Source: Candidatus Omnitrophota bacterium
GTDB taxonomy: Bacteria > Omnitrophota > Gorgyraeia > Gygaellales > Gygaellaceae
DNA length: 64,000 nt
Direction: 5' to 3'
Assembly: GCA_018400015.1 (NCBI GenBank)
Contig: JAGYNB010000004.1
Coordinates: forward strand, 7,186 to 71,185
The notes beneath the pieces are model-generated. The model was not told the DNA's origin. It ran no database searches and was given only the letters and a program-made list of their open reading frames with translations. This document shows, in pieces, positions 28,807 through 38,475 of this stretch; within the stretch, counting starts at the first letter, position 1; the number at the start of each line of letters is the position of its first letter. A program made the position numbers and the translations under genes.

Positions 28807-30598
28807 ATCTCTAATTAGAAATTTTTGTATTATTGCGCATATCGATCACGGTAAATCCACTTTAGCCGACAGGATAATCGAAACCTTAAATGCCGTGGAT
28901 AGAAGGCAATTCCGTAATCAGTTTTTAGATGATATGGAATTGGAGCGTGAACGAGGTATTACCATAAAGGCGTCAGCTGTAACATTAGAATATAAGTATA
29001 CCGACGGGGTTATGTATCATTTGAACCTTATTGATACTCCGGGCCATGTTGATTTTTCTTATGAAGTTTCTAAATCATTGGCAGCTTGTGAAGGCGCGCT
29101 TCTGCTTGTGGACGCTAGTCAAGGTGTGGAGGCTCAAACCGTAGTAAACTACCATTTAGCTAAGGATAAGAATTTAAAAATAATCCCTATTATCAATAAG
29201 ATTGATTTACCAAACAGCAATATAGAATCAGTCAAAGAAGAGCTTGTTGAGATCTTTGGGTTCGATAACGATGAAATATTATTAACTTCCGCTAAAGAAG
29301 GTACGGGTATAAATGAATTACTTTGCGCTATCGTAGAAAGAATTTCACCTCCAGCTGGTGATGAGACAAAACCTTTACAGGCTCTCGTGTTTGATTCTGT
29401 TTTTGATATTTATAAAGGCGTAATTGTTTATTTTAGGATTTTTAACGGATCGATTAAAAAAAGCGATTCAATTAAATTTATTCAAAAAGATTCTATTTAT
29501 AAGATAGAAGATTTATCGGAATTAAAAAATCTTCAATATTCATCTGTAAATGAAATTAGCTGTGGAGATGTTGGTTTTTTTAATGCCAATATCAGAAGAG
29601 CTGAGGATGTTGTTATTGGCGATACTATAACTACAAAGGATTCTCCAGCCAAAACAGCTTTACCAGGATATAAGTTGATAAAGCCACTTGTTTTTTGTGG
29701 AATTTATCCAGTCAATCCGAAAGATTTCAATAATCTAAGGGAATCTATTTTAAAACTTCATTTGCAAGATGCTTCTTTTGTATTTGAACCGGAAACATCT
29801 GTTTCTTTTGGCGGGGGATTTCGTTGCGGTTTTTTAGGATTATTACATATGGAGATAGTTCAGGAACGATTAGAGCGTGAGTTTGATCTTAACCTTATGC
29901 TTACTACCCCCAATGTTAATTATCAGGTTGTTAAAAAGAACGGTGAGGTAGTTAATATTGATAATCCTAGTAAATTCCCTGATGTGACTGAAATAGAATG
30001 TTCCAGGGAGCCCTATGTTAAGACAAGAGTAGTTTCACCGATAGCATATATTGAAGATATTTGTAATTTAGCGAAATCTCGCAGGGGTATTCATGAGAAG
30101 ACAGATTTTTTAGGCAGCAATAGAGTAGATATAGTTTTTGATATGCCTTTGGCTGAGATAATTATTGATTTTTATGATAAAATAAAATCAATTACCAAAG
30201 GTTATGGTTCTATTGATTATGAATTTAGCGGTTATCAAGATACTAATCTTGTAAAGCTTGATATTATGATTAATAAGTCTGTCTGTGATGCTTTTTCTAG
30301 CCTTGTTTTTAAGGATAGAGCGCAGAATAAAGGAAGAAGACTTGTGGAGAAGTTGAAAGAATTAATTCCTAAGCAGGTTTTTGAAGTTTCAATTCAGGCA
30401 GCCATTGGTAATCAGGTTGTCGCTTCAGAAAAAATCCGCGCGCTTTCAAAGGCGGTTACTGCTAAATGTTACGGCGGTGATATTACTAGAAAAAGAAAGC
30501 TTTGGGAGAAGCAAAAAGAAGGAAAGAAACGTTTGAAGAAGTTTGGCAGGGTTGAAATTCCTCAGAAGGCTTTCTTGGAAGCCTTAAGGATAAATTAA
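28799..30598 (+). CDS. lepA: Elongation factor 4 (LepA)
   Basis: IAHIDHGKSTLADR, RERGITIK, DTPGHVDF, KCYGGDITRKRKL. Confidence 0.98.
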   Translation: MDKSLIRNFCIIAHIDHGKSTLADRIIETLNAVDRRQFRNQFLDDMELERERGITIKASAVTLEYKYTDGVMYHLNLIDTPGHVDFSYEVSKSLAACEGALLLVDASQGVEAQTVVNYHLAKDKNLKIIPIINKIDLPNSNIESVKEELVEIFGFDNDEILLTSAKEGTGINELLCAIVERISPPAGDETKPLQALVFDSVFDIYKGVIVYFRIFNGSIKKSDSIKFIQKDSIYKIEDLSELKNLQYSSVNEISCGDVGFFNANIRRAEDVVIGDTITTKDSPAKTALPGYKLIKPLVFCGIYPVNPKDFNNLRESILKLHLQDASFVFEPETSVSFGGGFRCGFLGLLHMEIVQERLEREFDLNLMLTTPNVNYQVVKKNGEVVNIDNPSKFPDVTEIECSREPYVKTRVVSPIAYIEDICNLAKSRRGIHEKTDFLGSNRVDIVFDMPLAEIIIDFYDKIKSITKGYGSIDYEFSGYQDTNLVKLDIMINKSVCDAFSSLVFKDRAQNKGRRLVEKLKELIPKQVFEVSIQAAIGNQVVASEKIRALSKAVTAKCYGGDITRKRKLWEKQKEGKKRLKKFGRVEIPQKAFLEALRIN

Positions 30599-31179
30599 TG
30601 GATAAAAATCGGATAAAAAAAGAATTTAAAGAATGGATAGAGGCTTTATTGATAGCTTTGGTTCTTGCAGTTTTTGTAAGGACTTTTTTTATTGAAGCAT
30701 TTAAAATTCCTACAGGTTCTATGAGACCGACTTTGATCGAAGGTGATCATATCATTGTCAATAAATTCGTTTATGGGGCTAAGATTCCGTTTACAAAAAA
30801 TGCTCGAATTCCCGGATTTGCGAAGCCGAAGCGAGGAGATGTTATTGTTTTTCTATATCCGGAAGATACAAAAAAGAACTTTATCAAGAGATTGGTTGCT
30901 TTTCCTGGCGAAACGGTCCAAATCCTTGGCGGCAAGATATTTATCGATGGTAAGGAACTGTCTTCAGGAAAATTCATGAATAAATATTATTATAACCGAG
31001 GGGTTTTTGAAAATGAAGATTTTGTACTGACTGTTCCGGAAAATTCTTATTTTGTATTGGGGGATAATTCCGGATCTTCTAAAGATAGCCGTTATTGGGG
31101 GTTCGTTAGTGAAGGTTATTTAGTCGGCCAAGCCAATATTATCTATTGGCCTTTGTGGCGAATTAGATTAATAGAATAG
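30598..31179 (+). CDS. lepB: Signal peptidase I
   Basis: IPTGSMRPTL, FIKRL, GDNSGSSKDSRYWG. Confidence 0.96.
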   Translation: MDKNRIKKEFKEWIEALLIALVLAVFVRTFFIEAFKIPTGSMRPTLIEGDHIIVNKFVYGAKIPFTKNARIPGFAKPKRGDVIVFLYPEDTKKNFIKRLVAFPGETVQILGGKIFIDGKELSSGKFMNKYYYNRGVFENEDFVLTVPENSYFVLGDNSGSSKDSRYWGFVSEGYLVGQANIIYWPLWRIRLIE

Positions 31180-31185
31180 TTTTTG

Positions 31186-31213
31186 TTGATTTTTGCTGAG
31201 AGTTAAATATAAT
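31186..31213 (+). promoter_or_regulatory. Sigma70 promoter
   Basis: TTGATT-16 nt-TATAAT, then SD GGAGG before ATG 31233. Confidence 0.55.
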
Positions 31214-31232
31214 AAATTCAATGGAGGTGAGT

Positions 31233-31541
31233 ATGAAGAAAATAATCAGTGTAGCGATATTAATATTATTTATAGCTGGTTGCGCTAATTCTACAGGTAC
31301 GCAAAAAGGAGCAGCAGTTGGAGCCTTAGGCGGAGCTGCGCTTGGTGGAATAATTGGCCATCAATCAGGACATGGTTGGGAAGGGGCTGGTATTGGAGCT
31401 TTAGGCGGAGCTGCTGCCGGAGCATTGGTTGGTGATAAGATGGCGCAAGAGAAAAAAAGATGTCCTGTTTGTGGAACTGTTTATTCTGGCGATGTGAAGT
31501 TTTGCCCTAAAGACGGAGCAGAACTTGAGCCAATCGAATAA
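31233..31541 (+). CDS. Glycine-zipper lipoprotein with C-terminal zinc-ribbon-like motif
   Basis: Lipobox FIAG|C; GAAVGALGGAALGG glycine zipper; CPVCG...FCPKDG. Confidence 0.85.
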   Translation: MKKIISVAILILFIAGCANSTGTQKGAAVGALGGAALGGIIGHQSGHGWEGAGIGALGGAAAGALVGDKMAQEKKRCPVCGTVYSGDVKFCPKDGAELEPIE

Positions 31542-31546
31542 AATTT

Positions 31547-32116
31547 ATGAATTTTGCGAATAAGGTAACGATTTTTAGAATTCTAAGCACGCCTTTTTTT
31601 ATTGTAACAGTGCTTTATTATAATCCTCAAAGAGATTTTTTAAGATATATTGCTTTGGGGATTTTTCTTTTGGCTGTGTTGTCTGATGCCATAGATGGAT
31701 ACATTGCTCGTACAAAGGGGCAGCGCACAAAAGCAGGAAGCATTCTCGATCCTTTAGCTGATAAGATTCTTTTAAGCAGTGCATTTATATGTATATTCAC
31801 AAAGACTTCTCTTGTAGACGCATTAAACCTGCCTTTATGGGTGGTGGTGTTGGTGATCACCAGGGATGTGATTATTATTTTAGGTTCAGCTGTTATTTAT
31901 ATTGTAAAAGGAAGATTAGAATCAGTACCAACTGCATGGGGGAAATTTGCAACTGCTTTACAGATGGCTTCAGTCGCTAGCGCTTTGATTAAGTTTGGAT
32001 TTTCTTATTATATTTGGATTGTTGCCGCCATATTAACGTTGATTTCCGGAATTCAATATATAAGAGGAGGTTTAAAGATTCTTTATGTTCATGAAAATAA
32101 TCGCAATAGTAGCTAG
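31547..32116 (+). CDS. pgsA: CDP-alcohol phosphatidyltransferase (PgsA-like)
   Basis: SDAIDGYIAR...GSILDPLADK signature. Confidence 0.88.
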   Translation: MNFANKVTIFRILSTPFFIVTVLYYNPQRDFLRYIALGIFLLAVLSDAIDGYIARTKGQRTKAGSILDPLADKILLSSAFICIFTKTSLVDALNLPLWVVVLVITRDVIIILGSAVIYIVKGRLESVPTAWGKFATALQMASVASALIKFGFSYYIWIVAAILTLISGIQYIRGGLKILYVHENNRNSS

Positions 32117-32705
32117 TTATATAATAGGTTCTATCCCTACCGCTTTTATATTCGGTAAGATATTTAAAGGTATTGATATAAGACAGCATGGTTCTGGTAA
32201 TGTGGGCGCAACTAATGCTTTTAGAGTATTGGGTAAAAATATGGGGATAATAGTGTTCTTGATAGATATACTAAAAGGTTTTGTCCCGGTTTTTTTCATT
32301 GCTGAGATAATCGCACCATTAAGTAATATGTATCGGTTGGTAATTTTTGCCGCTGCTTTTTCAGGTCATATTTGGACTTGTTTCTTGAATTTCAAAGGCG
32401 GTAAAGGCATGGCAGTAAGCCTCGGTGCTTTAATTGCTCTTGCATTAAGAATTGATACCTTAAGATTAGCGTTACTTTTGGCAGTTGTAGTATGGATTGC
32501 GGTATTTGCAATTTTTAAGTATGTTTCGCTTGCCTCTATTTCCAGCAGTGCTATTTTCCCTGTTATTTTATTTATTTTTAAGGCTCCTTTAGAGATATCG
32601 ATTTTTGGGTTATTGCTTTGTGTTTTTATTATCTTTAAGCATAAGTCTAATATTTCCAGGTTGTTACAAGGAAAAGAGCTGAGAGTAAAATCCGCTTTAA
32701 AATAA
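32085..32705 (+). CDS. plsY: Glycerol-3-phosphate acyltransferase PlsY
   Basis: YIIGSIP, DIRQHGSGNVGATNAFR, FKGGKG, KHKSNISRL. Confidence 0.95.
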   Translation: MFMKIIAIVASYIIGSIPTAFIFGKIFKGIDIRQHGSGNVGATNAFRVLGKNMGIIVFLIDILKGFVPVFFIAEIIAPLSNMYRLVIFAAAFSGHIWTCFLNFKGGKGMAVSLGALIALALRIDTLRLALLLAVVVWIAVFAIFKYVSLASISSSAIFPVILFIFKAPLEISIFGLLLCVFIIFKHKSNISRLLQGKELRVKSALK

Positions 32706-32751
32706 TATTTCCTTCGTTTTGTAATCGCTTTCTTAAAAGTCTTCTAAGTCG

Positions 32752-32781
32752 TTGATTTGCTTCATCTTATAATGTTATACT
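32752..32781 (+). promoter_or_regulatory. Sigma70 promoter
   Basis: TTGATT-18 nt-TATACT with a TG extended -10. Confidence 0.5.
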
Positions 32782-32797
32782 TTGAATAAGTTAAACA

Positions 32798-32852
32798 ACT
32801 CCACCAGCCAATAAGGTAGGAGTCCGGGTTGTAAAAATATTTTGCAACCCGG
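32798..32852 (+). promoter_or_regulatory. GC-rich tandem hairpins in a 5' leader (structured RNA or operator; unassigned)
   Basis: ACTCC-ACC...GGT-A-GGAGT followed directly by CCGGGTTGTAAAA-ATA-TTTTGCAACCCGG. Confidence 0.5.
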
Positions 32853-32867
32853 TTACAAATTAAAATT

Positions 32868-33188
32868 ATGAGAGACATAGTATTAAAGAATCTGACTTCA
32901 GTTAATAAAAAAAGAAGAATTATGTCCAGTTCTGAAGTGATTAATCAAAACGGTGTGGAAACCCGCATAAATAGGAATTTTATTTACCGTGTAAGTGAAA
33001 AGGACCGGCTCGAGAATGATAATGTGCCTGTGCCTAAAATATATATTTACAAAAACTGCGATACCAAGAATCATAAGAGCAAGTTTTCTTATAAGGTAAA
33101 AGGTTCTATTTACCTTATCAATGAAGAAAAGGTTTATCTGGTTAATTATATCCATTCTTTTAGGTTAGATTTAACTCCTTCCAATTAG
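32868..33188 (+). CDS. Hypothetical protein (106 aa, basic, probably beta-rich)
   Basis: Co-oriented ORF with an upstream promoter; no recognised motif. Confidence 0.65.
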   Translation: MRDIVLKNLTSVNKKRRIMSSSEVINQNGVETRINRNFIYRVSEKDRLENDNVPVPKIYIYKNCDTKNHKSKFSYKVKGSIYLINEEKVYLVNYIHSFRLDLTPSN

Positions 33189-33222
33189 TTGTTTTTCTTG
33201 TAACTGGTTAATCCATAAAGTC

Positions 33223-33251
33223 TTTACATTGGGTAATTTTAGTGATATTAT
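33223..33251 (+). promoter_or_regulatory. Sigma70 promoter of gatCAB
   Basis: TTTACA-17 nt-TATTAT with a TG extended -10; ATG at 33263. Confidence 0.5.
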
Positions 33252-33262
33252 ATGCTCTACTT

Positions 33263-33550
33263 ATGAGCATATCTAATCAAACAGTCGAATATTTAGCAAA
33301 ATTGGCCAGAATAACACTTAAAGGCGAAGAAGTTTCTGCTTTGGCCAAGGAGTTAGAAGATATTGTTAGTTTTATTGATAAGTTAAACAATGTAAATATT
33401 GATAATATTGAACCGACAAGCCATGTCCATAATATAAAAAATGTCTTTAGAGAAGATGAAATTAAATCTTCTTTGGACAGAGATCTTTCTTTAGAAAATT
33501 CTCCTGATTCCAAGCAGGAGTTTTTTAAAGTTTTCAAGGTAATAGAATAG
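33263..33550 (+). CDS. gatC: Asp/Glu-tRNA amidotransferase subunit C
   Basis: [31 protein letters not shown]; start set at ATG 33263. Confidence 0.93.
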   Translation: MSISNQTVEYLAKLARITLKGEEVSALAKELEDIVSFIDKLNNVNIDNIEPTSHVHNIKNVFREDEIKSSLDRDLSLENSPDSKQEFFKVFKVIE

Positions 33551-33552
33551 CA

Positions 33553-34992
33553 ATGTTTAATACACTTACCGCACACGAATTAACTGAAAAGTTAAAGTCT
33601 GCAGAAATATCAAAAGGCGACATACTAACTTCTTTAAAAAAACAAATCAAAAAAAATGAAGATAAAGTAAAAGCCTTTGTAGATTTTAAAGAATCCGGCA
33701 TTATCGACAATAATAATTCGGGATGTTTAAGTTCAATTCCTGTTGTTGTAAAGGATAATATATGTGTAAAAGGAAGTCTTACGACATGTGCATCTAGGAT
33801 ACTTGATGGTTTTAAGTCTCCTTATGATGCTACAGTGATAAAGAAATTAAAAGCCTCAGGGGCTATTATTTTAGGTAGAGCGAACATGGATGAGTTTGCT
33901 TTTGGTTCTTCTTGTGAGAATTCAGCATATTTCGTTACGCGAAATCCTTGGGATCTAACCAGGGTTCCCGGAGGTTCTTCAGGCGGCAGCGCTGCAGCAG
34001 TTGCCAGTGATGAAACCATTTTTGCATTAGGCTCTGATACAGGGGGTTCAATTCGTCAACCTGCGAGTTTTTGTTCTGTTGTCGGTCTAAAGCCTACATA
34101 CGGCAGGGTGTCTCGTTATGGTTTGGTTGCTTTTGCCTCCAGTCTAGATCAGATTGGACCGTTAACTAAAGATGTTACTGATTCCGCTATCTTGCTTAAT
34201 GTTATTGCCGGTTATGACGAGATGGATTCAACTTCACTTTATGTAGATGTTCCCGATTACACAAAGTCGTTGACTGGTGATATTAAAGGGATAACAATTG
34301 GTATCCCCAAGGAATATTTTATTGAAGGAATATCACAAGACGTGAAAAAAGCTACGAATGAGGCAATAGAGGTTTTAAGAAAAAAAGGCGCAAAGATTAA
34401 AGAGATTTCATTACCGCATACTGAATATGCCGTAAGCGTTTATTATATAATTGCAACCGCTGAAGCAAGTTCTAACCTTGCTCGTTTTGACGGTGTTAAA
34501 TATGGCTTAAGAATCAGCCAGGAAGATAATAAAAAACTTTCTTTAAAAGAGACTTATTTTAAAACAAGAGGCGCAGGATTTGGCAGTGAAGCTAAAAGAA
34601 GAATAATACTTGGTACTTACGTATTAAGCCATGGGTATTATGATGCGTATTATTTAAGGGCACAAAAAGTAAGGACTTTAATAAAAAAAGATTTTCTAGA
34701 TGCATTTAAAGAGGTTGATTGCATTGTTACTCCTACTTCGCCAACAGCAGCTTTTAAAATCGGGGAAAAGATTAAGGATCCTTTGTCTATGTATCTGTCG
34801 GATATCTTTACTATTTCAGCTAATCTTGCCGGTATTCCGGCAATATCTGTTCCCTGCGGTTTTACAAAAGATAAACTTCCTATTGGGTTGCAGTTTTTGT
34901 CTAATATACTTGATGAGGAAACGCTTTTTAGAACTGCTTTTAGTTATGAGCAAAGTACCGATTGGCATAATATTAAACCTAACTTAGAGTAA
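33553..34992 (+). CDS. gatA: Asp/Glu-tRNA amidotransferase subunit A
   Basis: Amidase signature [36 protein letters not shown]. Confidence 0.97.
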   Translation: MFNTLTAHELTEKLKSAEISKGDILTSLKKQIKKNEDKVKAFVDFKESGIIDNNNSGCLSSIPVVVKDNICVKGSLTTCASRILDGFKSPYDATVIKKLKASGAIILGRANMDEFAFGSSCENSAYFVTRNPWDLTRVPGGSSGGSAAAVASDETIFALGSDTGGSIRQPASFCSVVGLKPTYGRVSRYGLVAFASSLDQIGPLTKDVTDSAILLNVIAGYDEMDSTSLYVDVPDYTKSLTGDIKGITIGIPKEYFIEGISQDVKKATNEAIEVLRKKGAKIKEISLPHTEYAVSVYYIIATAEASSNLARFDGVKYGLRISQEDNKKLSLKETYFKTRGAGFGSEAKRRIILGTYVLSHGYYDAYYLRAQKVRTLIKKDFLDAFKEVDCIVTPTSPTAAFKIGEKIKDPLSMYLSDIFTISANLAGIPAISVPCGFTKDKLPIGLQFLSNILDEETLFRTAFSYEQSTDWHNIKPNLE

Positions 34993-34996
34993 GAAT

Positions 34997-36409
34997 ATGT
35001 TTGAACCTGTTATCGGATTAGAGGTGCATGTACAGTTGGACACAAAAACAAAGGCTTTTTGTGGCTGCGCAACACAATTTGGCGCTGCGGCTAATATCAA
35101 TACCTGTCCGGTTTGTTTGGGACTTCCGGGAAGTCTGCCTGTATTGAATAAGAAGATATTCGAATATGCGATTAAAGTTGCCTTGGCATTAAATTGCACT
35201 ATTAACGAAAACACAAAGTTTGACCGAAAGAACTATTTCTATCCTGATTTACCAAAAAACTATCAGATTTCTCAATATGATCTGCCTATTTCTGAGAACG
35301 GTTTTATTGCTATAAAAGAAAATAAAATAAGAATAAAACGGGTGCATATTGAAGAAGATGCGGGAAAGCTTATACATGAAAAAGAATATAGTCTAGTTGA
35401 TTTTAACCGTACAGGCACTCCTTTGCTAGAAATAGTAACCGAGCCCGATATTACTTCAGCTTTAGATGCTCAGGAATATTTGAAGGAACTAAAAAGCATA
35501 CTTGAGTATCTGGGTGTTTCTACTTGCGATATGGAAAAAGGGTTTTTGCGCTGTGATGCCAATATTTCACTTAGGCCTAAAGGAGATACCGCATTAGGAG
35601 TCAAGACAGAAGTAAAGAATATGAATTCCTTTAAAGCGGTAAGACAGGCTTTGGAATATGAAACCGAAAGGCAGGTTGCCGTATTAAAAGATAATGGTAA
35701 GATTATTCAGGAGACGAGGCTTTGGGACGAAAAAAAACAATGTACAATCTCTATGCGCTCTAAAGAAGAAGCCCAGGATTACAGGTATTTTCCTGATCCG
35801 GATCTGCCTTTATTTACGATTAGTAAGGAATCAATTGAATCAGCAAAGAAAGTTTTACCGCAGTTGCCGATTGAAAAAAGAAAAAGATTTATAAGCGAAT
35901 TTAATCTCTCAGAATACGATGCGGGAATTATCGTTAGTTCTTTACGCATGTCAAATTATTTCGAAGAGTGTTTAAATTTTTTGCAGGAACCAAAGAAAAT
36001 TGCTAATTGGCTTATTGGCTCTGTTAGCGAGGAACTTAATAAGCGCTGTTTAGATATAGCTCAAATAAAGTTAAAACCAGAAGACCTGGTAGGGTTGATA
36101 AAGCTTGTTGAGTCAAATACAATAAACAATCTTACAGCAAAGCAAGTTTTGACTTTTATGCTTGATACCGATAAGACTGCGCAAGAAATAATAAAAGAAA
36201 AAAATCTTGCTCAGATCTCCGATGAAGAAAGTCTTAAAAGAATTGCTCAAGAGGTTATTGATTCCAACCAGAAAAGCGTCGATGATTTTAAATCAGGCAA
36301 AGAGAATGCTTTGATGTTCTTGGTTGGACAAGTCATGAGGGCAACTAAGGGCAAAGCCAATCCCAAGATAGTTAGGACTATTTTGGAAAATTTAATTAAG
36401 GAGACGTAA
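34997..36409 (+). CDS. gatB: Asp/Glu-tRNA amidotransferase subunit B
   Basis: VIGLEVHVQL, RKNYFYPDLPK, DFNRTGTPLLEIV, DYRYFPDPDL. Confidence 0.97.
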   Translation: MFEPVIGLEVHVQLDTKTKAFCGCATQFGAAANINTCPVCLGLPGSLPVLNKKIFEYAIKVALALNCTINENTKFDRKNYFYPDLPKNYQISQYDLPISENGFIAIKENKIRIKRVHIEEDAGKLIHEKEYSLVDFNRTGTPLLEIVTEPDITSALDAQEYLKELKSILEYLGVSTCDMEKGFLRCDANISLRPKGDTALGVKTEVKNMNSFKAVRQALEYETERQVAVLKDNGKIIQETRLWDEKKQCTISMRSKEEAQDYRYFPDPDLPLFTISKESIESAKKVLPQLPIEKRKRFISEFNLSEYDAGIIVSSLRMSNYFEECLNFLQEPKKIANWLIGSVSEELNKRCLDIAQIKLKPEDLVGLIKLVESNTINNLTAKQVLTFMLDTDKTAQEIIKEKNLAQISDEESLKRIAQEVIDSNQKSVDDFKSGKENALMFLVGQVMRATKGKANPKIVRTILENLIKET

Positions 36410-36413
36410 TAGT

Positions 36414-37685
36414 ATGAAGATTCCTAAAAGAACAATTTTAATTTTAGTGATAGTTTCTTTCTTGTCTGTTTTAACTGTTTATGGCTTATCAGAGGTTGAA
36501 CGCAAAAATAAAGAAGATACGTATAAACAGTTGGGTATTTTTTCCGATGCTTTAAGTATAGTTGAGTCAGAGTATGTCGACGAGACGAATCCTAAAGACC
36601 TTATTTATGGGGCATTAAAGGGTCTTTTGGGGAGCCTTGATGCACATAGTCAGTTTTTAGATCCCGATGAATATAATGAGTTAAAAATCGATACAACTGG
36701 AGAGTTTGGCGGTTTAGGAATTGAGATAACTATAAAAGACGGTCTTCTTACGGTAATAACTCCGATCATGGACACTCCGGCTTGGAAAGCTGGTATAAAA
36801 TCAAGTGACAGAATTGTTAAAATTGATGGTGAGTTAACCAAAGACATTACTTTGTCAGAAGCAGTGAAAAAACTTCGCGGTAAACCTAAGACGAAAGTAA
36901 AAATAACTGTTTGGCGAGAATCCGAAGAGAGACTTTTTGATATTGAGATTACCCGCGATATAATAAAAATAGAAGATGTAAAAAAAGCCCAGATATTGGA
37001 AGATAATATTGGCTATATTAAATTGGTGGAATTCAGAGAGAATACTGATGATGCATTTAAGTCTGCATTAACCAAATTGCAGAAAGAGGGTATGGATAGT
37101 TTGATAGTTGATTTAAGGAATAATCCCGGGGGATTGCTTGATACTGCGGTAAAGGTAACGGATTTGTTTCTTGAGCCCAATAAGGTAATTGTTACCACTA
37201 ATAACAGGAATGGTCAGATTCAAGAATATAAATCAAAAGCGAAGAATATGCTTGGTAAAAAACCCGTAGTAATATTGATTAATGAAGGGTCTGCTTCGGG
37301 AAGTGAAATTGTTGCAGGCACTTTACAGGATTATAAGCGTGCGATAATAGTTGGGGTGAAGTCTTTTGGTAAGGGTTCTGTGCAGAGTGTTATTTCCTTA
37401 GGTGACGGTTCAGCCGTAAGACTCACAACTAGTAAATACTTTACTCCATTGGGACGATCTCTTCATAATCAGGGGATTGAACCTGATATTGAAATAAAAG
37501 AAGTTATAGCGCAAACTGAAATTAAAGACGCCGATTTGGATATATTCTCTAAAATAGAGGAAATTGGCAAGCAGATATCAAAAGAAGAAAAAGAAGGAGA
37601 TTACGATCAAGATGCACAGCTTATGCGAGCTATAGATTTGATAAAAGGTATTAAAATATTCAATGATAAAGAAAATAATGGTTAA
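36414..37685 (+). CDS. ctpA: S41 family carboxy-terminal processing protease
   Basis: Signal/TM, PDZ (FGGLGI), DLRNNPGG, SASGSEIVAG, FGKGSVQ. Confidence 0.94.
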   Translation: MKIPKRTILILVIVSFLSVLTVYGLSEVERKNKEDTYKQLGIFSDALSIVESEYVDETNPKDLIYGALKGLLGSLDAHSQFLDPDEYNELKIDTTGEFGGLGIEITIKDGLLTVITPIMDTPAWKAGIKSSDRIVKIDGELTKDITLSEAVKKLRGKPKTKVKITVWRESEERLFDIEITRDIIKIEDVKKAQILEDNIGYIKLVEFRENTDDAFKSALTKLQKEGMDSLIVDLRNNPGGLLDTAVKVTDLFLEPNKVIVTTNNRNGQIQEYKSKAKNMLGKKPVVILINEGSASGSEIVAGTLQDYKRAIIVGVKSFGKGSVQSVISLGDGSAVRLTTSKYFTPLGRSLHNQGIEPDIEIKEVIAQTEIKDADLDIFSKIEEIGKQISKEEKEGDYDQDAQLMRAIDLIKGIKIFNDKENNG

Positions 37686-38475
37686 ACGAAGGAAAAGAAA
37701 AAAAACTTTTGGGAAACCGCTGTTCTTATCCGTTGTAGCTATCGGTGCAATCTTAATTATTTTGATTTTTGTTTTTGAGAAGAAAGATAAGCCTACGGTT
37801 GAAAAAGCAATGTTTCCGAAGATTGCGATTGTTTTAGATGATTGGGGGTATACAGATAAAAATTTAAATCTTTTAAGTCAAATCGATTCACCTTTGACAT
37901 TAGCTGTGCTTCCTAATTTAAGATATTCGCAAGATGTCTCTTTGTTGTCTGAAAACGAAGACAGGGAAGTAATCTTGCATCTGCCTATGGAGCCTTTTTC
38001 AAGTGATTCTATTGGATTGGAGCCGGATACGATAACATGCGATATGAGTTCTAACAAGATTCGCCAGATTCTTTTATTGGATATAAAAAGTGTTTCCGGT
38101 GCAAGAGGAGTTTCCAATCATATGGGTTCGAAGGCAACGCAGGATAAGCGCGTCATGAGGATAATAATGAAAGAACTAAAAAGAAGAAAGTTGTATTTTC
38201 TTGATAGTTTTGTTACTGACAAAACAGTAGTTGAGGAGTCAGCTAAAGCACTTGGTGCAGTTTGTGCAAAAAGAGATGTTTTCCTGGATAACGAAAAGAA
38301 TAGCAGTTATATTATAAATCAGCTTATTGAGCTTGCTAGGATTGCAAAAGAATATGGAAACGCTATAGGTATTGGTCATGAGTCAAGCGTGACGTTGAGG
38401 GTTCTAAAAGATTATATCCCCAAATTAAAAGAAGAAGGTTTTGAGTTTGTTTTGTTATCAGATTTATTAAAATAA
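37663..38475 (+). CDS. Divergent polysaccharide deacetylase (YibQ family)
   Basis: IAIVLDDWG, LHLPMEP, NHMGS, FLDS, RDVFLD, IGIGH; start may be ATG 37678. Confidence 0.9.
   Translation: MIKKIMVKRRKRKKTFGKPLFLSVVAIGAILIILIFVFEKKDKPTVEKAMFPKIAIVLDDWGYTDKNLNLLSQIDSPLTLAVLPNLRYSQDVSLLSENEDREVILHLPMEPFSSDSIGLEPDTITCDMSSNKIRQILLLDIKSVSGARGVSNHMGSKATQDKRVMRIIMKELKRRKLYFLDSFVTDKTVVEESAKALGAVCAKRDVFLDNEKNSSYIINQLIELARIAKEYGNAIGIGHESSVTLRVLKDYIPKLKEEGFEFVLLSDLLK

Noticed and set aside
31320-31420. Direct repeat TTAGGCGGAGCTGC
   Set aside because: It is explained by the repeated LGGAA glycine-zipper peptide; only two copies, not a CRISPR array.
32824-32852. Intrinsic terminator
   Set aside because: Strong stem but no U-tract on either strand, and it lies downstream of a promoter; kept as an unassigned leader element.
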